Assembly (NCBI GenBank): GCA_963848965.1
Contig: CAWKFG010000001.1
Span: forward strand, 416,001 to 480,000
Direction: 5' to 3'
DNA from: an uncultured bacterium
GTDB lineage: Bacteria > Babelota > Babeliae > Babelales > Babelaceae
DNA length: 64,000 bases
Shown here: positions 1 to 10,261 of the stretch, piece after piece
Position numbering within the stretch: the first letter of the stretch is position 1
Layout of the letters: each line of letters starts with the position of its first letter
The notes under the pieces: model-generated
Database searches by the model: none
The model's input: only the letters and a program-made list of their open reading frames with translations
Told to the model about the DNA's origin: nothing
Translations under genes and position numbers: made by a program

Positions 1-689
1 TCAAACCATTTAGGATGCTGCTGTATACAGAGCCCATAGCTTTTTAAAAAATTACATTCAAGATTCCCAATATTTTTACCTTCTTGGTAGAATGCTTCTT
101 GCTCCTCAGTTGCTTTTTTAATTGAAGGGAGAGCTTGTACTATTTCTTCCATATTACCAAGTTTGAACAGCGTGGTTTGTACATAGTTAACAGCTTTTTC
201 GTAGTCATTTTTTAAAATAAGTTTAAGCACTAAAGGATAACTCTTACTACTATTAACAAGTCTTAAAAAATCTAAAAATGATAATACAAGCTCTTGATTC
301 ATTCCATTGTACAGTGCTTTGTATTTAGTAGAAACAATGTTGGCTGGTTCTAATGAATTTTGATAATCGTTTAATAGCTTGGCTATTGCTTCATTTCTAT
401 AATCATAATAAGGCATTTTTTGTGGAGCTTTTACTAGCGAGGTATCATCGCAAGTTACAACCTTACCGAGTGGACCATAAATATCCGCATACTTGTCTAA
501 GAGGTACGCTTTAAAGTTGGCTGCTATTTCTCTTCCTATTTTGTCGTATAAAGGGTCGTTATCCCTCACTACTGTACAAAGAGCAGAGGATTCTTCTAAT
601 TTTAATGATGATGTGTCTTCTTCCATGCAATAAATAATTGTTGGCAGTGAGAGTAAACTGAATAAGGTAAGTTTTTGTAGATAGCTCAT
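1..689 (-). CDS. Secreted hypothetical protein, 3' end beyond the window edge
   Basis: Manual translation from ATG at 689: MSYLQKLTLFSLLSLPTIIYC|MEEDTSS..., apparently open to the window start; AAGGA RBS upstream; not in the ORF track because it has no stop in the window. Confidence 0.75.
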   Translation of the reverse strand, partial: MSYLQKLTLFSLLSLPTIIYCMEEDTSSLKLEESSALCTVVRDNDPLYDKIGREIAANFKAYLLDKYADIYGPLGKVVTCDDTSLVKAPQKMPYYDYRNEAIAKLLNDYQNSLEPANIVSTKYKALYNGMNQELVLSFLDFLRLVNSSKSYPLVLKLILKNDYEKAVNYVQTTLFKLGNMEEIVQALPSIKKATEEQEAFYQEGKNIGNLECNFLKSYGLCIQQHPKWF

Positions 690-817
690 AAAATTCCTTA
701 AATTTTAAAGGTTCTTTGTTTTTGAGATTGTGATGATATAAGGTGAGTTAGTCCCTTTCATTCTTTAAGACACATAAATATTTTTATAAAATTTAATTTT
801 GAGAATAGCATATTAAT

Positions 818-1275
818 GTGTTAAATGCAAAGGAGCAATTTAAATCAATCGAGGATGGTATCATTACTTTCGCTCTAGCGGATTTAGCATACCTTGAAGT
901 AGCACTGCACCTCTTCTTTAGTGATGGCGCTGTTCCAGAAATAAGCGCACTTATGTTAGGTAAAATGGAAGTAACTGCTGCTGAAGGTTTCCAAGAATGT
1001 GTAAACTGTAACTTACAGAGATTACCTTCTTCAAGTAAAGAAGATTTAGATGAAGAATGTCCTTTCATTCTACAGCCTAAAATTGCATCATTGAACCTAC
1101 AAAATAGCCTTCAAGTTCCTGCTATCTCCGACTCTCGTTGCTACAATACAGGATGCCAGCAAGCGGCAAAGAATACTTGTACTCGTTGTAGAAAAGCTCG
1201 TTATTGCAGCAAAGAATGCCAAATAAAGATTGGACAGCAAAACATAAAGCAGAATGTAAATCAGCTCATACGTAA
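818..1275 (+). pseudogene. 5'-truncated, frameshifted zf-MYND protein; paralog of 14997..16397
   Basis: ADLAYLEVALHLFFS matches ADLAYLELALMLFFS of the paralog; CYNTGC..CTRCRKARYCSKECQ, then DWTAKHKAECKSAHT* resumes in another frame after the A-run near 1225. Confidence 0.75.
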
Positions 1276-1312
1276 GTCTTGATTGCTCTACGACAATCTG
1301 TCTACCTTTACC

Positions 1313-1415
1313 CAACCTTTGGATCTTACGTATCCACAGTTTATCGTACTTGTAACGACCGCTTGGCTTACAAGAAAAGGAGATCTAGCTAATCAAATTG
1401 ATGTTAGTCAATTCC
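1313..1415 (+). pseudogene. Fragment of a MarR-family regulator
   Basis: Translates as QPLDLTYPQFIVLVTTAWLTRKGDLANQIDVSQF, resembling the MarR LDLTxPQF..L...Q.DL N-terminal helices; no start codon and no C-terminal half. Confidence 0.5.
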
Positions 1416-1458
1416 CATCTGCACAGGTCGGGAGAGTTTCTTGCTAAGCTTGATTAAG

Positions 1459-2763
1459 CTAACTTCTTGCAGGAGCACTAGCGTTGTTTAGAAAAATGAG
1501 AAGTTCTACAAAAAGATCTTGAGGCAATAAACCAAGGTAATTAGCAGCTAGTGAATTTTGCGTAATTCCACAATCAGCAACTGCTCCGCTACCTAAGAGT
1601 GCTGCAACCATAGCACTGTCTTTGTCTTTTAATGCTTCTTTTAAGAGAGCTTGCATCTCATTTTTTATTCTATGTATCTTAGTACCAAAGAGATTGATAA
1701 GAGTGATAGCGCTTTTTCTATTAAATTGCAGGGCATAGTCAAAAGCTGTGTGCCCATCACTGGCAGCTGCATTCAGATAATCTTGGGAACAATTATTATC
1801 TTTTAAAAGTGATATAACTTCTCTATGTCCTAGCATACAAGCAAGCATAAGAGTTGTTATAGTATTGGTAATATAGAGCTTAGTTTTAGCGTACTCTTTA
1901 GGATTTTTAAGATACTCTTCCACTTGGGGAAGATGACATAAGGTAAGCAAGTGAGTAATCGCTTGATGTTGTTCGTTTTGAGCAACTGTTAAAGCATCGA
2001 GATCATATGTGTCTTTAGCAGTAATATCAGCGCCTGCAGTTATAAGTAAAGCTACTGTTTCTGTAAGCCCTTCTTCAGCCGCAATTATGAGGGCTGTACG
2101 GTTATTATGGGCTTTAATAGTAACATCAGCACCCAATTCTATGAGCTTATGTGCTAGAAGCGTATCTCGTTGCTCTATGGCTCTCATTAAGATAGTTCTG
2201 CCGCGTCTATCTTGATGATTGATAGTACGAGTACCTGCACTAAGTAAGAGAGGTATTATATCTTTTTTCTCTAGCAGAAGTGCTGTGTTTAGAAGTGTTT
2301 CGCCCCGAGCATTTATACTATTAACATCAGCTCCTAGGCTAATAAGAAGTTCTACCATCTTCTTATTACCTGTTGACACTGCGTATTTCAATGCTGTATC
2401 TCCAAGCGAGTCTTCGTAATTAATGAGAGCGCCATGTCTTTTAAGTACTGTAACTATTTCGGTGTATCCTTTAGAAGCTGCTAAAGATAGAGGAGTAATA
2501 CAAGCTTTATAGTGAGCATTAATGTCTTTTATCATTTTGCAAAGAAACGTAACCATTCTTATATTGTTTTGCTCTACCGATGCCAATAAAGAACTAGCTT
2601 TATCTTCTTCTGGTACTTGGGACCACTGTGCTTTTTCTTCCTCAGATAAAGACTCTAAAATATTGTCGATAGTCCTACTTTTATCAAGTGCATTCATTAT
2701 AAGAAATGAGCCCTGTAAGTGAAAAGGAATTAATAAAAATAGAAGAGTGTAAAGCAAGTACAT
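1459..2763 (-). CDS. Secreted ankyrin repeat protein with C-terminal F-box-like motif
   Basis: Hydrophobic N-terminus; repeated TPL/TALxxA..G..EIV.LL..GADVN; C-terminal LGLLPQDLFVELLIFL. Confidence 0.9.
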   Translation of the reverse strand: MYLLYTLLFLLIPFHLQGSFLIMNALDKSRTIDNILESLSEEEKAQWSQVPEEDKASSLLASVEQNNIRMVTFLCKMIKDINAHYKACITPLSLAASKGYTEIVTVLKRHGALINYEDSLGDTALKYAVSTGNKKMVELLISLGADVNSINARGETLLNTALLLEKKDIIPLLLSAGTRTINHQDRRGRTILMRAIEQRDTLLAHKLIELGADVTIKAHNNRTALIIAAEEGLTETVALLITAGADITAKDTYDLDALTVAQNEQHQAITHLLTLCHLPQVEEYLKNPKEYAKTKLYITNTITTLMLACMLGHREVISLLKDNNCSQDYLNAAASDGHTAFDYALQFNRKSAITLINLFGTKIHRIKNEMQALLKEALKDKDSAMVAALLGSGAVADCGITQNSLAANYLGLLPQDLFVELLIFLNNASAPARS

Positions 2764-2831
2764 CAGAAGCTCCTTATGGATTTTTAAATTAAACTATAAA
2801 TCTACTATAATATAAATTAAATTTCTGTCAA

Positions 2832-2950
2832 GACCGATGCTGGTTGGATCTTTGGTTACACCCATAGTATCTTCTTGTTTAAAGATAGCTCTGCTAGATT
2901 TATAAATACTCAAGATAGTTATGGTTATTCAACCTCTGACTATGCTCAAG
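2832..2950 (+). pseudogene. Probable ankyrin repeat remnant
   Basis: FKDSSARFINTQDSYGYSTSDYAQ resembles LKDNNCSQDYLNAAASDGHTAFDYALQ of the adjacent ankyrin protein. Confidence 0.3.
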
Positions 2951-3225
2951 TGAAGGTTAGTGATTATTTTGTTCAAGGTAATGAAATACTAATACAGACG
3001 TTATTTATAAAACGCGGTATATTTATAATAAATTTCAAGCTTCATATTATTCATTTATGGATAGTATGAAAAAAATTTTATTCTATAAGGAATCTAATTT
3101 TTATAGCTATAAGAATTAGATACATTAGGAGGTAAATGTGAAGGTTCTTTACCAGATAATAGAGACGATATGCCTGTTAAATATTCTCATAAATCTAGAC
3201 TAGCCGATTTTCTTAATTTCTTAAA

Positions 3226-5391
3226 TTATTTTTTGCAAAGATAAAGTACATCATCTAGTAATAAAGGCATATAGTAAGAGCTTCTATCTTTATAATAAAT
3301 CAATAAAGAGCGATCGTTATCAGTAAAAGTAGCATAATCAATATCATTAACAGAATAATGAGGCTTTAGTTCTCTTAAATCTTTATAAAATACTGCTCGA
3401 GGAATTTGATTGTGGGACAACTGCCAAAGATACAACGTAGCGGTTTTTTTTGAAAAAGTAATAAAATATTGGCTATTGGAGGTAAATGGCCCTAATAGAG
3501 GTAGGTTTGATAGATTATCGAGAGATCTTAGTGAATTGAAAGAATAGTGACTGCTACCAAGTCTGTAGGCAGCTTTATTTTCATCATAAAGAAAGCATCC
3601 AGAAACAGCGCCTAACCATTTTTCTTGTTGTTTATCCCATAGCAAGGTACTATCATAATGAGCAGAAGCACATGCAAGCAGAGCTGTATTAGGGCTAAAG
3701 CAAAGTGCGTCAATAGAATAAGGAGCAATAGGTATAGAATAACCACGAAATTGTTGATTTATAAGAGTTGCTACTACAATACACTGATATGCTGGTAGAT
3801 ATGCTGCACCAGAAGAGAAGAGAGCTGTATAGATGTCAAAGGGTATATTATAAGCTCTCATATGTTTTAAAAGATCTTCTGAGATAATCTTTGTATCATC
3901 GCTATTTCTTGCTAGTGTATGAGTTTTTACCTGTACGTCTTCAAAACAAACTGGCTGAGTTTTATCAAAAACATTTTTATTAAAAGTGTTTATTATAGTA
4001 ACATCCTTTAAATCTTCATAGGTTAAAAGAAATGAGTTAAGCTCTTCATTAGTAAAAGAGGGATTATTGTGCAATTTAAAAATTCTATCGTCATGTGTTG
4101 ATTTGTTAAGAAGCCTTAAGAGATGGAATACTCCTTTTAAATTTAAATTGTTATTCCTTAAATCAAGATAGGTCAATTTCGGAGGTAGCGTGGTTAATGC
4201 AGAAAGAGAGCTATCGGTAAGGTTAAGTCCTTGAAAGATAAGAGAACGTATAGAAGAAAAGTGATGTATAAAGGGAGCTTTTAAGGCACATTGTGTTACG
4301 CTAAAGTCCTGGCTTTCAGCTCGCTCAAGATATAAGCCATCTCTTAAGCGAAATGTCACAGTACCCGCATTTGTCGTGTTGTATAAAGGATAGCGTGTAA
4401 TTGCACTCCGAAAGCCGTTTTTAAGAAAGGGTATAATAATCTTAAAATTTTCATTTTCTATATTTAAAGGATATGCAGATAGTGGTCCATTGCTATAGAA
4501 CGTTATGGTATGGGGTAATACAAGCGGCTGTGGAACATCCTGGAAATATTTTATGATTCGTGCTAGTGTTTCATACGCTGGATGATGATGCTTTTTATGC
4601 ATTCCAGCACTTACGATAATATAGCGAGGTCTCACTTTATAAAGAAAGTTTAAGCTTGTACAATTATCTGTTGTAGCTCCATGATGACTAGGCAAAAAAA
4701 TTACTGATTCAATAGGCTCTGTAAGCGTATCTGTTATTCTTCCTGTTGCATCTCCTGTAAGTAACGCAGAAAAGGCTCCATGCTGTATCTTTAGTACAAT
4801 GCTGGTATCATTTTTATTTCTTGCTTCTGATAGTGCAGCTAAAATATGTGCATAGGTAGGGAGATAAGCAGCTGTTTTGTCATATGATAAGTGACAAAGA
4901 TAGGCATAATAAAATGTATCTGGAAAGCTTTGCTTTAAAATATCAAGAAGATAAGCAAAAGACTGTGGTTCTTGTTTTAATTTTGGACTCTTTCTTAGAG
5001 GGAGCCAACCAGTTGAAAAGGTTGTTTTGTAATGCTCTGGCTTGCCTCCTAAAAGTATTTTTACTACTAAACCTTTGGATAGTACTTTATGAGCAATGAA
5101 GGGAATCCAGCCGTAGTGGTCCTCATCTCCATGACTTACTACTATATAAATTTCACGCTGCGATGTACTATTAATAAGATAGTTGGCAATGGTATTAAGC
5201 TGTAAATTTCTTAAGTCACTTTGCGTGTAGGGATCTCGTGGATGCTTGCTTGAACCACCATCTACTAAAAGAGTAGGGCTATTTTCACAAGTAATAGCTA
5301 TGCAGTTACCCTGTCCTACGTTGAATATCTTGAGTTCCATCCCATGTAAAAATGGTACCAAAAAGAAAAGTAAAAAGATATAGATACGCAT
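3226..5391 (-). CDS. Secreted ComEC/Rec2-type metallo-beta-lactamase-fold hydrolase fused to LRR and WD40-like regions
   Basis: FNVGQGNC, LLVDGG, SHGDEDHYG, NDTSIVL, LLTGDA, SHHGA, HHHP (ComEC MBL motifs); LTYLDLRNNNL (LRR); LCFSPN..LLAC..TLLWD (WD40-like); likely start MRIYIFLL at 5391 (ORF open from 5424). Confidence 0.85.
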   Translation of the reverse strand: MRIYIFLLFFLVPFLHGMELKIFNVGQGNCIAITCENSPTLLVDGGSSKHPRDPYTQSDLRNLQLNTIANYLINSTSQREIYIVVSHGDEDHYGWIPFIAHKVLSKGLVVKILLGGKPEHYKTTFSTGWLPLRKSPKLKQEPQSFAYLLDILKQSFPDTFYYAYLCHLSYDKTAAYLPTYAHILAALSEARNKNDTSIVLKIQHGAFSALLTGDATGRITDTLTEPIESVIFLPSHHGATTDNCTSLNFLYKVRPRYIIVSAGMHKKHHHPAYETLARIIKYFQDVPQPLVLPHTITFYSNGPLSAYPLNIENENFKIIIPFLKNGFRSAITRYPLYNTTNAGTVTFRLRDGLYLERAESQDFSVTQCALKAPFIHHFSSIRSLIFQGLNLTDSSLSALTTLPPKLTYLDLRNNNLNLKGVFHLLRLLNKSTHDDRIFKLHNNPSFTNEELNSFLLTYEDLKDVTIINTFNKNVFDKTQPVCFEDVQVKTHTLARNSDDTKIISEDLLKHMRAYNIPFDIYTALFSSGAAYLPAYQCIVVATLINQQFRGYSIPIAPYSIDALCFSPNTALLACASAHYDSTLLWDKQQEKWLGAVSGCFLYDENKAAYRLGSSHYSFNSLRSLDNLSNLPLLGPFTSNSQYFITFSKKTATLYLWQLSHNQIPRAVFYKDLRELKPHYSVNDIDYATFTDNDRSLLIYYKDRSSYYMPLLLDDVLYLCKK

Positions 5392-5713
5392 TTCTCTATG
5401 AAGCCCGGCAAAAGTTACTAGCATACTCTTAAAATTTTAACAGTTCTGTCGACAAAATCAAGAAAGTATATTTTAGAGCAGATCTATTATAAGGTATAAC
5501 TACACTAGATCAAGCGTAAAGTATGAGTAACACGAGGAATATTGAGCTTTTGCAAAAGCTCAATAAACAAGCTCAACTTAATAGATAATAGTATCTCTTT
5601 ATGAATGCTGTTATTTATAGTTTTTCTCTTCCTTGATCGTAGATGGTAACCAAAGTTACAAGGTAGATACTCTTGCTTCCTCGTATGGTTGTCCTTGGGT
5701 ATAAGGACGTGTT

Positions 5714-6004
5714 CTAAAGACAATTATGTCTCGTGGAGTGGTTACCGTGCGAAACAATTAAGGAATCATGTTCAGCCAAATCTCTAATATTAACCTCTCT
5801 TCCCATAATTGTTAATTTTACGCTGCTTGACTGTAGTCTTTGAGAAACTCCATACCTAAGAGGGATAGGATTTTGTAAGTATGGTTCAGCACGCGGTGTA
5901 GTTATAAGAACTTCTCTATTTGATTGATTTATAACATATACTGCCTGAACTGCTATAACGCTAAAAATAGTCATAGCAAGTAGCTGTGCAACTCTTTTAA
6001 TCAT
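5714..6004 (-). CDS. Small secreted hypothetical protein (3' end possibly frameshifted)
   Basis: Signal peptide MIKRVAQLLAMTIFSVIAVQA; AAGGA RBS; an alternative frame near 5740 reads VTTPRDIIVFRTRPYTQGQPYEEARVSTL*. Confidence 0.6.
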   Translation of the reverse strand: MIKRVAQLLAMTIFSVIAVQAVYVINQSNREVLITTPRAEPYLQNPIPLRYGVSQRLQSSSVKLTIMGREVNIRDLAEHDSLIVSHGNHSTRHNCL

Positions 6005-6298
6005 AAATTATCCTTTTATACCTAAATTGTCCTATTATGATGTATTTTACTTATTTCATGAAAAGATTTTCCTAGTCTAAAAGGGTATGTTGCTCGTCGT
6101 AGTTATAAAATGACAAGACCTTGGGGCTAAAGTGTTGAGCGTGCTTTGCAATTGAGTTATATACATACTATGGAAAGCAGAAACCCATATATAGAGTTTG
6201 GTCTAATCATGAAAAATGGGCTTATAATGCCAGGGAACACCAATTTTTAGCTGAGATGGTACACTATTTCTTGAACATAGAACAGATGTTAATAGATG

Positions 6299-7051
6299 TT
6301 AATACATGAAATACATATAGTAAGGCTGCTTGAGTTTTAACGGCTTTTTCATTTTGTGAGCTTGTTTTTTGTTTTTACTAAAATGAAAAGTACCTTTATT
6401 GTAATATATCCGTGGGCTTTTTGGCTTATTAGAATGAAATAGGACAATTCTATCTACAGTAAAGTTTTTGTTAATCTTGCTTTTAAACTTATGTTTCATA
6501 GAAGAGAGTGTATGCTGATGGCCAGAAGTGCTTTTTCTGTTCGTTAACTTGCCAATTGTTATATGTGCTCCATAAGGGAAATCTATGCGGCTATCAAGAT
6601 GCTTGATAAGTTTTTTTCTTTTTGCCACATGAAGTGCTTGATAAATCTTATATGCAAGATGAGTGAGCTCTTTATGAGGAGCTAGGTATAAAAGTACTAA
6701 GCCATCTTTGGTAAAATTAATATGTGATCCTTTAAACGCACTTTTGATATTAAACGGTCTTTGTTGTGCTGCAACTGCTTTTAAAATCTTCTTAACTTTT
6801 GGGAATTCTTTTTTACTTAGTGGAGCTATTGTTTTAAGCGTAATATGCAAATTCTTGCCTGGTGTAGGCTGAAGCTTCATGCCACGGGATAGCTTATTGC
6901 TTATATACGTTTGTACGTTTTTAATCTCATCCTGCATAAAGTGGGGAAGCCCTATAGCCGCAAATTCTATTCCAGTGCAAATCCAGGAAAAAGATAAAAG
7001 GACTATTAAGAAGGTGCTCACTTGCAATAGAGAGCGTATAGTGGTAAACAT
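6299..7051 (-). CDS. 2H phosphoesterase (ThpR/LigT-like) with signal peptide, Lys-rich
   Basis: Two HxT motifs (NLHITLK, AHITIGK), N-terminal FAAIGLP, C-terminal FTVDRIVLFHS; hydrophobic N-terminus. Confidence 0.85.
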   Translation of the reverse strand: MFTTIRSLLQVSTFLIVLLSFSWICTGIEFAAIGLPHFMQDEIKNVQTYISNKLSRGMKLQPTPGKNLHITLKTIAPLSKKEFPKVKKILKAVAAQQRPFNIKSAFKGSHINFTKDGLVLLYLAPHKELTHLAYKIYQALHVAKRKKLIKHLDSRIDFPYGAHITIGKLTNRKSTSGHQHTLSSMKHKFKSKINKNFTVDRIVLFHSNKPKSPRIYYNKGTFHFSKNKKQAHKMKKPLKLKQPYYMYFMY

Positions 7052-7080
7052 AGTTCCTCTGGAAAATTAGTTTTATTTAT

Positions 7081-8121
7081 TTAACTTACTTTAGTAGCAT
7101 GCAAGAAATAGAGCTGAAGCAATTGTACTATTTCAAGTGGAAGTTGTATATAGCGCTTTTGAGGGTTTCGAGAAAGCTCATCAATGAACTTTTCAACTTC
7201 TTGCCTATGTTGCTGAGCAGCTGTTACTAACAGCTCTTTAATCTTATGGAGCTTTATACCATGTCCTTTATTTCGTCGAGGAGTGTATATCTGATTAAAC
7301 CGTTCTAATGCTTCATATGGTAAGGCTCCAAAAGGGAGCAATAGCTCTTTTGATATTTTTAGCTCGCCTTGTGCTATTGCAATCAAGAGTGCACGAGATA
7401 GCCGTTGTCGCTCTTCTAATGTACAATGCAATGATGAGTTAGGAGAATCTACCAGAGCTCGTAGTGCTACAGGAATTATATATCTGCTCCATCGTGCTAT
7501 AGTGGATTCTTGCGATCTATCTTTTGCTGCTTCGTATAAGCGTGCAATAGCAATCTGTAATGCTACGTAAAATCCTGTCGCTGCATAGTGTTCAAGCGGA
7601 TCAGGAAAGCATTCTGAAAACATTGCATCATGATGATCTGTAAGATGTGGGTCATCATAAGCATTTGTTCCATATTCAAGCAGTAGTTTTGTCATCGGTA
7701 TATCATGATTTTTCACAAAGGTCTTCATGAGTGCTGACTGCTTTCTATCATTCATTAAGCAGCATGTTAATGCACCAGCACGTAAGAGTTCTAAGGCACA
7801 TGCCAAATGGCCATGTGCTGCAGCAGCATACAAAGGGCTTTTTTTAGCTCCTTTTCTTGCCCAATCAATATCTGCGCCGCAATCAATAAGAAGCTTTACA
7901 ACTTCTACATGCCCATTAGAAGCAGCCACATAAAGTGGGCTGTATATGAAGGGATCGCCATTAGGATCTGCTCCTTGTGCAAGCGCTTTCTTCGCGCTAT
8001 CTAAGTTTCCTTCAGCTGCAGCACTGAGCAGAAGAACGGTATCATTTTCATCGAGTTCCATGGCAAGGCTAGAGGAGAAATGAATGAAAAATAAAGCAGT
8101 AATACTAAGCACAATGCGCAT
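7081..8121 (-). CDS. Secreted ankyrin repeat protein with C-terminal F-box-like motif
   Basis: SPLYVAASNGHVEVVKLLIDCGADID; C-terminal IQLPLEIVQLLQLY; likely start MRIVLSI at 8121. Confidence 0.88.
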   Translation of the reverse strand: MRIVLSITALFFIHFSSSLAMELDENDTVLLLSAAAEGNLDSAKKALAQGADPNGDPFIYSPLYVAASNGHVEVVKLLIDCGADIDWARKGAKKSPLYAAAAHGHLACALELLRAGALTCCLMNDRKQSALMKTFVKNHDIPMTKLLLEYGTNAYDDPHLTDHHDAMFSECFPDPLEHYAATGFYVALQIAIARLYEAAKDRSQESTIARWSRYIIPVALRALVDSPNSSLHCTLEERQRLSRALLIAIAQGELKISKELLLPFGALPYEALERFNQIYTPRRNKGHGIKLHKIKELLVTAAQQHRQEVEKFIDELSRNPQKRYIQLPLEIVQLLQLYFLHATKVS

Positions 8122-8337
8122 TGCTGTCCTTGTTAGGTTTCTATAATCTATTAGTAAATACATTTATAGTATAGGCTATATAATCGTAAAAAGATACTTG
8201 TCAGGTACGAATTTTATGCTTAAAAATATTTATAGCTAGAAAATAGTAGCCATAATCACGTAAGAACCACTTGTTTTAGAATCTCTATTATAGTACTTTA
8301 GAAATAAATCTAAAATCCTCTATCAAGGAGAAAAACT

Positions 8338-8829
8338 ATGAATAGAGTATACGTAGTTAGCATATTTACTCTGATAGCTCTGTTTAGTATTCAGTCTACA
8401 CAAACAAAGCTTACCAAAGAGGCCGTTAGTTATATAGAATATCTTCAACGTGATATACAGCATCTGTTAAATGAGCGCTCTCGCATAGAAAAAAGACTTG
8501 AAGATGCTATGCAAAAGTATTATCAAACTTTAAATATAGTATTTCAAACAACGGAATCGAAAGAACAGATAACTAGTCAGAATCTTGTTACTAAATGGAT
8601 AACTGTAGGAGTACCTTATGATGCAGGAGATAGCTCGGAAAAGCTTGAAAGCAAAATAAGAAATATAACTTTAGATCACCTTAAGTGGGGAAAAAGCACT
8701 GTTGTTCCTCGGGAATGGGGCGCATTTGATCTGCAGATTATGGTAACTCTTCCTTCTAACGCATTGCCTTTACTTAGAGGCATATTAGAGACAATGCTTA
8801 CAGGATATTATATAACATATATTAATTGA
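8338..8829 (+). CDS. Secreted hypothetical protein with coiled-coil segment
   Basis: AAGGAG RBS, hydrophobic N-terminus, 163 aa ORF. Confidence 0.75.
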   Translation: MNRVYVVSIFTLIALFSIQSTQTKLTKEAVSYIEYLQRDIQHLLNERSRIEKRLEDAMQKYYQTLNIVFQTTESKEQITSQNLVTKWITVGVPYDAGDSSEKLESKIRNITLDHLKWGKSTVVPREWGAFDLQIMVTLPSNALPLLRGILETMLTGYYITYIN

Positions 8830-8831
8830 AC

Positions 8832-8863
8832 AAATAAGGGATATTATATAATATCCCTTATTT
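8832..8863. terminator. Perfect 32-bp palindrome, probable bidirectional terminator
   Basis: AAATAAGGGATATTATATAATATCCCTTATTT directly after the stop at 8829, between convergent genes. Confidence 0.65.
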
Positions 8864-9057
8864 TTAAAGCTCATTCTGAGCCATCGTGCCTTCTCTGCTG
8901 CGATGCAAGGACGATTAGCTATGCTTTGAAAAATAGAGATCTTGCAGCGTGTAAACTATCATCTTACCAGACTCACCACCTCTATTATACATAACTAATG
9001 GGTATCGTTATAGTGAGTAAAAGCGAGATTCCTACTATGCGATACATGTTCTGCTCC

Positions 9058-9483
9058 TTATTTATCTTTAAGGTAAAGATGAGAAAAAAGCTTTATTAAT
9101 GTTCCTCCCAAAAGAGCGAGTGCCAAGAAAGGGTCAAGCAACATTTGGCCTGTTAATGCGCTTTGTACTACTTGATAAAGGAGTGCTAAGGCTAAGAACA
9201 AAGTTATAAACAAGGTAGCATTACGCTCTGCTAGTGCTTCATGAAGCAGTTCTCGTTCATCTCTTTTTATTCTGATCATGATATCTATGGTTTCAATCAA
9301 AATAAATAGTAGCCAAATGGCAGTGAAAGAAAGGCGTATTTTGCTCTCTATAGTGGGGATTAATTGGAGCATTATAAGAGGAGTTGCCAATATACAAATG
9401 TACAACCATCCTTGCCATGTTCGTGGTTTTAATCCCCAACCGCTATATTTTCGCGTCTCAAACCAATTAGGATTCCCAATCAT
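9058..9483 (-). CDS. Membrane protein (DUF2178-like) coupled to an XRE regulator
   Basis: Four hydrophobic segments with a KRDERE motif; start overlaps the stop of the HTH gene. Confidence 0.7.
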   Translation of the reverse strand: MIGNPNWFETRKYSGWGLKPRTWQGWLYICILATPLIMLQLIPTIESKIRLSFTAIWLLFILIETIDIMIRIKRDERELLHEALAERNATLFITLFLALALLYQVVQSALTGQMLLDPFLALALLGGTLIKLFSHLYLKDK

Positions 9484-9680
9484 GATTCCTCCTCAAATAT
9501 AAATAACTCTTGAATTGACGTTTCTAGTTTCTTAGCTATTAAGTAAGCTAATTTAAGCGAAGGATTATATTTGCCCTGTTCTAAATAAAGGATTGTTTCT
9601 CTTCTCACATCTACAGCATTTGCTAACTCTTCTTGTGTCATATTAAGTTTGACACGAAATTCCTTTATCCGATTCTTCAC
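9480..9680 (-). CDS. XRE/Cro-family helix-turn-helix transcriptional regulator
   Basis: MKNRIKEFR...[35 protein letters not shown]...I.ELF. Confidence 0.92.
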   Translation of the reverse strand: MKNRIKEFRVKLNMTQEELANAVDVRRETILYLEQGKYNPSLKLAYLIAKKLETSIQELFIFEEES

Positions 9681-9846
9681 ACATAACCTTTTTTTTAAGT
9701 AGTCATGTTAGAATTATATAACATCATGTGAGGGCTGTCAACTTATAATGAGTAAAAAAGTTAAACTCCTTAATGGATTATTGACTTATAGTATTCCTTA
9801 TTAGTACTCTAATCTTGAATAGTTATTTAAAATAAAGGAAATAGAA

Positions 9847-10239
9847 ATGAAGAGATTAATGCTTTTTGTGATTTTATGTTTTTCTGCGTCTGTTGCTTTT
9901 GCAGCTGGAACGCAGACATATACCTTCTCTAAATCTACGTTAACCCTTGGTGTTCAAAATCCAGCTACAGCACATCCAACAGTTATAAAGCTTTCTTCTC
10001 AAGGAGGCAACAAGTATGGTCTTACTCTTACAAACAATGAAGGAATTGCTTTAGGAGTTGCGAGTCAACAATATCCTACTATTCTTCCTACAGCTCCTAC
10101 AGATGATAAGATAACAATTGCTCTTTATGTAAATGATGCAAATCGTGCAAGTTTAAATTTAGTTGGTATGAGTCAAACGAGGTCACTTGCTCTTACAAGC
10201 ACTGATGGTAATACTTATAGCGGTACTATTAGTCTATAA
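9847..10239 (+). CDS. Small secreted Thr/Ser-rich beta-type protein
   Basis: Signal peptide ending AFA; AAGGA RBS. Confidence 0.75.
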   Translation: MKRLMLFVILCFSASVAFAAGTQTYTFSKSTLTLGVQNPATAHPTVIKLSSQGGNKYGLTLTNNEGIALGVASQQYPTILPTAPTDDKITIALYVNDANRASLNLVGMSQTRSLALTSTDGNTYSGTISL

Positions 10240-10261
10240 ACTGACTGTTAAGATATTTCTG

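Noticed and set aside
2009..2722. Short plus-strand ORFs opposite the ankyrin gene (similar shadows at 7727, 28695, 34508, 59218)
   Set aside because: Antisense to well-supported CDSs, with no RBS or domain signal
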